From: Lingula anatina
Taxonomy: Eukaryota; Animalia; Brachiopoda
Assembly: GCA_051362555.1 (NCBI GenBank)
Contig: CM120641.1
Coordinates: 34,540,401 to 34,604,400 of the forward strand
DNA length: 64,000 nt
Direction of reading: 5' to 3'
The first letter of the stretch is position 1; each line of letters begins with the position of its first letter. This document shows, in pieces, positions 38,967 through 64,000 of the stretch. The notes under the pieces are model-generated. The model was not told where the DNA came from. It did no database searches and saw nothing but the letters and a program-made list of their open reading frames with translations. The position numbers and the translations under genes were made by a program.

Positions 38967-41900
38967 ATGGCAATTCTGGCAATCAATTTCTCTGCAGATG
39001 GCAGATCCAAACTTGGCTTAGCGCTAGCGATTCTTTGTTGGATTTCAATTGTACCATGCCTCATGCTTGTGGGACTTGGAGCATATATCAAGCTAAAGCT
39101 AGCTGACAAAATGCATTTGGTGGACGGGTACCACGGAGACAGTTTGCCTTATATGTTGATATCTATTGGACTGCTGTCTGCCATTGTCAGTGGCATTGGC
39201 GGGTTGATATGTAACATCAGCTCAAAAGCTGACACAAGAGCACTATTTAAATCATTCTTGACCCCATATGTGGTCATCCTAGCAGTACTTTGCGTTTGCG
39301 TTCTTGCTGCTGGCATCATGTGTTTCACAGAAATATCGGCACTGCACAAATCTTTTCACAGGGGAATACTTTTGGCAATGTTTAAATACAGGAGCAATCC
39401 TGGAGTAAAGTCAAAAGTGGACTTACTGCAAATGGAATATCGCTGCTGTGGTAACACCAATTACGCCGACTGGTTTCAAATTCCTTGGATTAATGAAAAT
39501 TTTCTGAAAATTGAAGACAAAGATGTCAAAGGGTAGGTCAGACCATTTTTGAATAATAATTTTATAGAATAATTCAATTCAGATGTTGTAGAACTGCTCA
39601 TAAAGGCCAACTGTGTTTCTTGGTGATTTATATGAAAGGTTATATTTCAGGAAAATTAAGAAAAAGGGCCCCCGAAAAAAACAGGACTTCTATACGAACG
39701 ATGATGTGCCCTTTAGCTGCTGTGACCACGCCTCTCGTCGCCCGTGTATCCATCATGATGTACATGACAACAGCAAACATTACAACTACGATTACAGAGT
39801 AAAAACCACTTTGAACCAACACGGCTGTAAGAGAGCGCTCATGCGCTTCTTCGGAGATCAAGTTCTCACCAATGGGGGTGGTATTACCCTTGGAGTGTTC
39901 GGATTACAGGTTAGACATTAAATCTAGCAATTTTTTTAAATTGTTCTGCACAGTTTATTGTTTAGGGTTTAAATTTCAGAGCCAAAATATTTTGATTTAA
40001 CTGAGAAATTGGTATTATACATGCGTCTGCGAACCCATTCGGCATAAATTTGCATCCCCATCACGTCAGATTGCTGTGTACACATTATTGTAGTGATGTG
40101 TGTGGATGCGTTCATAAAATATTTGGAAATAGGAAATTTTTGAAAATTAACGATTCGGGTTTTGCATAAAAGTTGTGTTTATTGTAGGAGTTACGGTTTA
40201 CTAATTGGCGTCTGCGTGATTTTATACACTCATTTTAGAAGGAAAAAAACAACTTGGTTATTATTTAGACCAATTTTGAAATAACAACTACGATGCTTTT
40301 CTTAATAACTTTTAGTTGGTCATCTTAATCCTTTCACGGTACCTGCAGTCTTCGGTTCATAACGCCACGGAGCAAGGAGACCCAACTGCGCCTGCGTTCG
40401 GGTGGTTGGTAGGAGACTTTGGAGCCGAAAAACCCAAAGGTAGATGTAGCGAATATTAATGTTTCTGTAGTGCAGATTCTTAAAATTCATTGAAATATAT
40501 ACAAAATACAAAACAATAAGAAGCGGGGTGGCAGTTTTTGTGACCTAACGTTGCGCTCGTGCTTTACAGAGGATAATATAAAATTTTCAGACAATGTCGA
40601 CGTTTGATTTCATTAACCTTTAGAGGAAAATGACAAAAATCAGGCCCGTTGACTTTGCGATTGGGGGGGGGGGGGGGGGGGGTCGAACGAACTGTCTTTT
40701 TTTACCTGGAACAGATCCGCTCTTGGTAAATTTTGACCTAGATACACGAAGTAAAAAGTAAGGTCTACCTTTTTAGGAAAAGACCCCCCCCCCCTTTCAA
40801 AATTCCTGTCTACGGGCCTAAAACTAAACGTCAACATTAAAGAAACTAGCATCCTAGCCTAACACCCTCCGCTCGCTCTGAGGGCGCTGAGACATCTCAT
40901 CAACATGACCACAAGTCAGGCGGGGAAAATCAGTTTGTTGGTTAGAAAATGATCATACAAATCGTTAATAATCTCAGCATCGCTTTGGTTGAATAATGAA
41001 AGCTCAATGATCGACCAGTTCTCGGCAAGTAAAGTATTTTTTTACTCTCAAACGGGGCACTACTACGGGACGCAGAAAGGACGCCGCCCAGTGTAAAGGG
41101 GGCTTTAGCCGTGAAAGTCACTTCTTATTCCCCGTGATGCGTGAGACTTTCATATCATTGATCGTGATCCGTGAAGCTCTTTTATTTATTCTTCGTCCTT
41201 CGGGAAAGAAGTCACTGCACTCGGTGATTGGTGATTTTCATTTCGCATTTTTAAGGAGATATGGCTTCTATTGACTGTGATTTGTGAGTTTGTGATTTTA
41301 TTTCCCGTGAACTGTGCTTACAACCCCCAATGGAAACTCATGCAAATGAAATAAACTCCGTTTCAAACATCTTTCTCTCTTAAAAAGTGTCCCCTTAATA
41401 ATCTCCACAGGCCCATGTCGCAAGGTAATATTAAGTTGCTGAACGATCACCGCAAGTACACCGAATGGGAATCTTGTAATTTCATCTACTGTATTGCTAC
41501 AGCCAACAGGCTTTCGAATTGAACATTTTGTCAAAAATTTCAGCATGACAGATGCAACGGGTAGTGAATTCGTATGATATCGTACGACAACCGCCTGCTT
41601 CCGCAGGGATGCCGGGCGAAAAATAACATACAGGCAGTACACGTGCACTGAACAGACATCGCCTGACGAATGTAACCTTGGCTCTAATATGCAATAACAT
41701 GGTTAATCAGAACTGAGTAGACTGTTACAACAAGGGAAAAGATTACATCTCTCTGACAAAATGTCAATAAAAGCATCATTCTTGCACTAACAGTATAAAC
41801 TGTTTTTCTTTTACAGATGAAAAGGACGATGGCGCGATGTTAATGGAGGAAGAAAAACTAGATATCGATGAAGAGGAAGTAACAGAGCACGTAGAAATTA

Positions 41901-41992
41901 TAGAGGATGTCGAGGAATTTGAAGAGCCAATTTACGAAAATATTCCACACGACGAAGTCATCGTATTGAGTGACGAAGATTATAAAGCCTAG
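38967..41992 (+). CDS. Peripherin-2/ROM1-like tetraspanin
   Basis: Exons 38967-39532, 39651-39909, 40316-40439, 41817-41992. Motifs: VDLLQMEYRCCGNTNYADWFQIPWI, DDVPFSCCDHASRRPCIH, HYNYDY, SRYLQSS, GWL. Four hydrophobic segments and an acidic C-tail. Confidence 0.88.
40641..40820. mobile_element. MITE, related to 7824-7960
   Basis: CAGGCCCGTTGAC ... GTCTACGGGCCTA termini with inner G-run and C-run. Confidence 0.6.
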
Positions 41993-42462
41993 GCATACAC
42001 CGCGGTTACCGATTTGTCAAAGTGACGATAAGTTTTTCATAGACGGTAAAAAGATTATAGTAACTTTACCACTTACAGAACTGTGATTTATACTATATTC
42101 AGTGAATAATAAACACATTTTCTAACAAAATGATGCAATCATTTAATGTCTGCATCAAATAATCTTATTTACACGTCATATACAAAAATGTCTTTCACGG
42201 CAAAAAATAACAATAAAAAAAATTGCTCGAGATTAAATATGCACAAAGCCCGGTGGTGAATAAACGGGTGTCTACATGCTAACCTTTGAATACCAATAAG
42301 ATTGGATGGTTTTCTTTTAAAAGTGCATTTCACATGTCTTAGCCCTTTACGTTAGCGTAAAATGTTTCAACACTTCTTCCCCACATGCACAAACATACCA
42401 GCCTAAGCTTACTGTTTTTTAAAAGTTTCTATCAGGCAAGATAGGAATGGTTGTTATACGCT

Positions 42463-57339
<14,877 letters not shown>

Positions 57340-59071
57340 AGCACTTGAGGTTTCCACCTGGAGGAAAAGAGAAAATTTCAAAATGCGATTTTGGAAATGT
57401 TAATGTTTAAAAGTTCAATTATAATTGTAAACGTTGGATCCTGACACTAGTACCTATGCAAAATCATAAGCTTAGAAGTCCGAAGTTGCGTTCCAACCAG
57501 CTTTTAGCAAAAAAAGACTTCATTGCTAACTTTCAGAAGCAAGCGCCCAATTAGGGTAGTATGAGCGTCTGACTTGACAATGCACCAGCCTTTTTTAGTG
57601 AAGCAAAATGATTTATCACGCATTTCGGAGTAATTACCCGGGGAGGAGGGGGGTGGAGGGTTCGGAAATCGGGGAACCATTCTAACAAAGCGCGTTCAAA
57701 ACTGGCACGTTTTTATCTTTGTATTTGAAATGATTAATGAATTTCTATTCGGGTGTTTTGATCTAGCACATTTCCACCAGAATGGAATAAAACCTTGAAA
57801 GCGACCGGAATTAAGGTAAGTGTTTGTATATAGGACTGCAATAATAGGAAGCTTTTCCAATTAAAAGATATTTTACTTTTAAAGATAAATAAATTTGATG
57901 GTCATTTCTGAGCAGCCAGAATCTGCATTCTCTTGAACCTTTTGGCATAAGACATGTAATCAAACGTTATATTTTTGTATTACACTTCCTTGTGCAGTCA
58001 GACATTTTTTCGACATCTTCATTACTCTCATTACGCTGGTCTCATCACTGTGTTACTGATTTCTGAAATTAGCCAGTTATATCATATAAATGAATGTTGC
58101 TCTACTTTAAGGCCTTGTATCATAACTGCATACTTTATTTTTACATAAGAATAATCCTGATAACAGACACCGAGAGAGTGGTGGACATGCAAAAAAACGC
58201 AACTGGCGACATTTCCTTCAACATACGAAGTTAAGTGAAAAAGAAAACGTAATGACAAACTAACTACGGATTGCTAAAAAAGAAGACCACTCAGCCGACA
58301 TTTGTGCCACCCAACCCTGTGAAGTACTTATAAAATTCTGATAAATTACCTTTCTACACTTGGGCATCATTTTCAACTTATAAAACCTTTTGCAGAAATA
58401 ATTCATCAGCGGTGATCGATTGCATTCAACGTGATATATGCTGGCTGGACAAGGTCGGCATTACAGTCAATACACGCATAACTGTACACTCGCTGGCTAC
58501 TTGATTACCTCTTCTGTCCACATTTTAAAGTAAAAAAACACACAAAATATATTACTGACCAATACCTATTTATTTGTTTATCTCACCTAAAACCCGGACG
58601 GCGTAATACTGTGGTCAACAGCTTCTTGACTCTTCAGAGCCCAGCCTCTGTGCAGGTCAGGTCTTGCGAGCCGCCTGTCTTTAGCCTACTTTTGGGCGTT
58701 CTTTTCACCCTTGACGTCTGACCGACTTACCTGAGAAGTGTTTGAGTAGGGAGGAGAGACCATTTCTTGTACCACTGAAAATTGGTCAAGACGTCAACGC
58801 AATGAGGGGTAGGGGATGGCAATGATCAAGATTACACTGAGTGTCACACCTCGCTGAAGACTATCGTCTCATCATAGGGACACCTGGAGAAGTCGGAGTG
58901 TCTTACCAATATGATCGTTATGACTTGTCAGCGGAGTTTAAATATGAATAAGCCTATATTGATATAGAAACGAATACAGTGAAGATGAAGCGTGTAGATA
59001 TGCCAAAATACACGAAGACTACTAGTACTGTACATAGAAATTAAATACTGAAATAACAAAGAACAGCTCAA

Positions 59072-59410
59072 AATTTTTGCCACGAATTCCCGATTGATCA
59101 AAAATTGCAAGAACTGACTACGAATATATACGAATCTGTTAAGAACTTCACGAACTGATTACGATTCAACCACGAATCCTGAAATTTGTCAATTCCTGGC
59201 GATTCTTGGGATTCGTGGTCTGGGTGAAATAGGGGCATCAAAGTTTTTGCCACGAATTCCTGTTGGTCAAGAATTGCAAGAACTGACTACGAATATATAC
59301 GAATCTGTTGAGAACTTCACGAACTGATTACGATTCAACCACGAATCCTGAAATTTGTCAATTCCTGGCGATTCGTGGGATTCGTGGTCTGTGTGAAATA
59401 GGGACATTAA
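59072..59410. repeat. ~170-bp tandem duplication, probably a duplicated transposon end
   Basis: Two near-identical units TTTTTGCCACGAATTCC...GATTCGTGGTCTG.GTGAAATAGGG starting at ~59072 and ~59242. Confidence 0.85.
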
Positions 59411-59419
59411 GAAGAATCT

Positions 59420-61600
59420 CAGGTTTTGATTGCGGCCTCGATTTGGACCTCCTGATAGGCTAACTATCGGTTTGTGACGTCAAGCTGCATGGTTTGTTGA
59501 CCTATGTGGCGTTGTGACGTTCTGGCGTAATTGACGTAATGACCGCATAAAGGGTGTGAGGTCATGTGTTTGTTTTTGCTATGTTACGAAGAAAAGTGAA
59601 TTTTGGAGAATTCGAATAACAGATAATGTAACTTTTAAACAATGAGCGCTGCGAACAACACAAACTGTACTTATCATAAGAGCCGAACGGTAAGAAAGAT
59701 AATTAAATCGTTACATGAAAAGAGTTAAAAACTGTCAATTTAGACAAAGTTAGACAAAATTTTCGAGAACTGAATAACATTTCAATAGGCTCGACTTCGG
59801 AGGCAAAATTAAGCTACGCTGTTCACCAAGTTCATATTTATAAAAAAAAAAATGAAAGCAGGAAATTGCGCTGGTTCTCTGTTTTGAAAACGCCAGTGCA
59901 GGTTATATTCGAATAGTAAGGAAATATAATGGTTGACAAAAATATTTTGAACGGGCACAATATCTTTGCCCGTCAAAATTAGTGATATAAAGTAATACAT
60001 GTAGGCCTAGATCTACAATGTAAAACTTTTGCAAAATATGTTGAAAAATATATTGTCCAGACAGAAATTGTCCAAAGTTAACGACGGCGCTTGTGGTCAA
60101 TATTCTGGAGCTTTTATTTATCGGTGTGTGAAGTCAGTTATGTTGCTTGTTTGTATAGGCCTTTTTCATCTTCTCCGTGAGGAAAATTGTGGGAAAGTGA
60201 GTCCTTGTTATGCCGAAACACTTGGGGGCTTGGCAAGACAACAGTTGGATGTCAGTGAAAGTGAAATGTCTAAAAATACAAAAGGAGACGTCGATGACCA
60301 GTACGCGGTATTCAGACCTGAACGAACTGCTAAAATCTGTGTTTAAAATAAACTGGGATTATTTATAAAATGATTTTCAAATATAAATTTCAGATAAATT
60401 AAAGAATCTTAAGTAATAGCAAGCCGATTGCAACAGGTAATACACTATAATACATCAGAAAGAACATTATAAAGAACATCATAAAGATCCGAAGAAAAAA
60501 GTTGAAGAAGATAAAAAGATAGAATAGCCTTTCAGCATGAAGTTATGTAAAAAACGATTGCGACCAACATTCTGAATTAATAACAATCAGTTTGCGTTGT
60601 CAAGCAAAACATTTTAGTTGCTATGTTGCTTGTATGTATGGTTTGTTGACGCACTTAGCGTTGTAACGCTCCGACGAATCAACGTCATAATGGCATAAAG
60701 GGTGGGAGGTCCTGTTTTTGCGCATAGCGTGGCGACGTCATGAGCGCATAAAGGGTGTGAGGTCATATGTTTGTATTGCTATGTTACGAGGAAAATGGAT
60801 CTAGGAGAATTTGAACTAAATAATGCAGATTTTAATAGCATTCGCACAGAAGCTGTTCGTCTGCGTCTTGATTGCGACCAACATTTTAACTATTGATTTG
60901 CGACGCCAAGCCTTACATGTTTGTTGTCATGTTGTTTGTTTGTATATTCTTTGTTGACGTACACAGTGTGGCGATGTTATGACGAAATAAACGCCATGAC
61001 TTCATAAAGGGTGTAAAGACGTGTTTCTTTTGCTTTGCTACGAGGAAGGATGAATCTTGTAGAATTTGTTTTTGAAAATATATTTGATAGCATTTGCACA
61101 GAAGCTTTTTATTCGCGTCTTGAGGCGACCAAAATTTTGAACTTAAAACAATCGATTTGCGAAGTCAAAATAAACATGTAGGCCTACTTCAGCCGTTTTG
61201 TCGTTCCATGGTTTGTTGGCGCATGTAACGTTGTGACCTTATGACGAAATCAACGTCATGATCGCATAAAGGGTGTGATGTCATGAAATATGTTTTGCTA
61301 TGCTATGAAGAATAATGAATAATGGAGAATTTGAAAATAAATAATGTACATTAAAATAGCATTCACGTAAAAGCTGCTCGTCTGCGTCTCGATTGCGATT
61401 GCGTTGTTATGTTGCTTGTTTCTATATTCTTTGTTGACACATGTACAGCGTTGTGACGTTCTGACGAAATCGACGTCATGATCGCATAAAGGGTGTGAGG
61501 TCATGTGTTTGTATTGCTATGTTACGGGGAAGAATGAATCTTGAAATACAGATAATGTAGCTTTTACATAATTTCGCTGCGAACAACGAGATATCGATTT
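59420..61600. repeat. Degenerate tandem repeat family with units of ~220-260 bp
   Basis: Core CATAAAGGGTGTGAGGTCAT at ~59546, 60695, 60748, 61003, 61265 and 61485, most followed by GCTATGTTACGA.GAA. Confidence 0.75.
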
Positions 61601-63846
61601 ATAACGAAAGAAAGGTGAAAATATTGTTTAATTATCGCATAAAGAGAGGCAAAAAGGTGAAAATTTGAAATTCCAGACAAATTGAATTTTCTAGAAATGT
61701 AAAACTTTTAGATATATATTCTAATGAAAACTAGCTGTGTTAATGATGTTTATATATATATATTAAAAAAAAAGAAATAAAGTTGCACTCACTCACGGTT
61801 TTCAATTAGCCATCGTAAAAAATATTTGCCTGTTATGAAGATATCGTAGTGGATAGATCTGAATCTGAAGTTTGTTGCAAACGTTACACAATAACATTTG
61901 AAAAACATTTCAAGATATGTAAAAATAGGGCCATATGACCCCGTAGATTACCAGTATATTTGTCTTTTTGGACATTTATATTGTTTTATTTTAATTTACT
62001 TATCTAATTTTTATAATTTACCCTTGTAAAGTCCCAACATTATTTATGGATTTTACACTTCAAATAAACATATCATAAATATATAATACATTAATATATG
62101 ACCTTCATATGGAAGGCATTAGAATACCTTAAAGTACTGCTACACGGAACTCCACAGCTGGAGTGATTCAACCCTTAGTTAGCTGACATTGCGAGCAAGC
62201 ATATCGGAATGCATGCCTTTAAATGAAGATAAAACAATTCACTTGTTCATCGTAAACACCAAACAATTACAAGATTGGTATAAAACATCCTTTTTATAAT
62301 TTTGATAATGTTCGTTTCAGTATTAATGTCAAATGGACACTACAAAATGGTGGTTTATTCAGTTTAATATACATGTAGTTTAATTAAGCTTTTCATCACA
62401 TGTCTATTACCTTGGGTATTTACCGACAGTACATTATTAATGTCAACGTAAAAGTATCGTATGTGACATTGATTATACGCACAACTTTGAGCGTAATGAC
62501 AGGCATCACCGCCGGATTTATTGAACATTTGTGAACAGGTTCAGTAACAACCTCTCACCTAAATGATCTCATTTGCATAACAATAAATTGGTCATCGTAG
62601 GGTGAGCTGTCTTCCTGAATGCTCACTTGGCAGGTGGACAGAGTCGAGTGTAGACGCAACAGTCTGTTTGGTGCAGTCATTAGTTCTAGCTTGTACAAGG
62701 CGTAGAAGCAAATGCATGTTTGTGAGTATGACTATTTTTTCAATAACCAACGCCATATTATTCTAAAGGCGCAGACGAATGAAATAATATTTAAGACAAA
62801 TATTTATAACGTAAGTCATTTACCACCATTACAGTTGTAACTTGTAAGTCATTCAGAAAGGTAGAATTCATTGGATACAATATTCATTGGGACAAATGTA
62901 GGCCTACGGGCTAAACGGCGCTCTCACCTGTCTTTTGATGATGACTTAGGTTTGCTTAAAAACATTTAGCTCTGCAATCTTTTTTCTTTTGAACATTTTG
63001 AACATTTTGAAACTCTGAAATGAGTCCACATGTACTACAATAAGTGTTGTACATGTAACATAAGATATCGAGAGGAATATATTAACAGTCATACCCCCCT
63101 CCGGCAAATAAAACGGGGTGTGTAATCAATGTTTCTTTTTTAGCAAGAGGTCTCAAATAATAATATCATTTACTAATTCCAGATCATGATTGTTGCGCAA
63201 GGCAATCTTAGTTTTTTTTTTTTTTTTGCGTTAGCTGAGCGTGAACATCAGAAAAGGCAATAAACATGCACACTTCTTCAATTATAAGTACCCTCTCCTC
63301 TGTGATATCACATGCATTATTCGTGTGTTAAAAGCCTGTCCGTTTATTTAAAAGTTGTAAACATTTCTTCTCTTTTCAGAAACTCAATGAGATTGTGTAC
63401 AACATGCACCATAGCAAGCAACAGTGCCTAGCCTTTGTTTCACACCCAGGAACCTCATGCCCATCCGTGGATCTATTATATGAAAACTGAATAAATACTT
63501 TCGTAATTTGGAGTTTTTTTTTATTCTGTTATGAAATTATGATAATAAAAATAGAAGTAATGATAAAGGGAAATGAGTGATATAATTTCGTGTTTGAGAA
63601 CATTTGAGCTGCTAAATCTGATCTCTAAATAATGTCTGGATGTTTTTGTGAATGGTGGTTTTCTATAGTATTTAAAAATATCAAAAATTGTAATCATTAT
63701 AACATAATTACAAATATGCCAAGTATTTTGTTAATAATGGAATTTGAACTTTTAAGCTGTTTTAGCACACTGATAGAAAATAAACCAAGAACCCACATTT
63801 AAAGATAAATTTTGTATTTATTTACAATCCTGCTTTTTGAAAATAT

Positions 63847-64000
63847 ACCTGACCCTCCACGACAGAATGTAATGGGCTCACCCCAATTGAATGGACCCTT
63901 TCAACCTGACCCCCCCTCAGATGAAATTAACTGGCCCCACCTGACACCCCTCTGATGGAATGGACTCGCCCCACCTGACACCCCTCTGATGGAATGGACT
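63847..64000. repeat. 34-bp minisatellite start, truncated by the window edge
   Basis: ACCTGACACCCCTCTGATGGAATGGACTCGCCCC at 63939 and 63973, with degenerate units at ~63848 and ~63904. Confidence 0.7.

Noticed and set aside
58556-58930. GC-richer TG...CA segment resembling a solo LTR
   Set aside because: No target-site duplication, PBS/PPT or second copy in the window.

Overview
AT-rich, intron-containing animal genomic DNA, probably a lophotrochozoan such as a mollusc (inferred from gene content and repeat types). Gene models were assembled by hand from GT-AG splice sites and reading-frame continuity. In order: (1) the 3' end of a TMC7-like channel gene (+). (2) A 13-exon germ cell-less/GMCL1-like BTB-BACK gene (-). 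Its introns carry five antisense three-exon genes for small secreted 10-Cys prokineticin/astakine/colipase-fold peptides, each with two positionally conserved dibasic sites inside disulfide-bounded loops. (3) TYW5 (+), head-to-head with GMCL1. (4) A Dachs/myosin-XX-like unconventional myosin (-). (5) A peripherin-2/ROM1-like tetraspanin (+). (6) A ~3,026-aa type I membrane protein (-): two copies of [unknown domain, Thr-rich linker, IgGFc-binding N-terminal domain, Gly-X-Thr collagen], the second collagen running about 365 triplets, then EGF modules and a TM helix; it was built by a 4.3-4.4 kb internal tandem duplication. Several MITE/HINE-type elements and tandem repeats are also present. The two best candidates for an undescribed system are the nested peptide cluster and the Gly-X-Thr membrane collagen. 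Family assignments rest on remembered motifs, not database searches.
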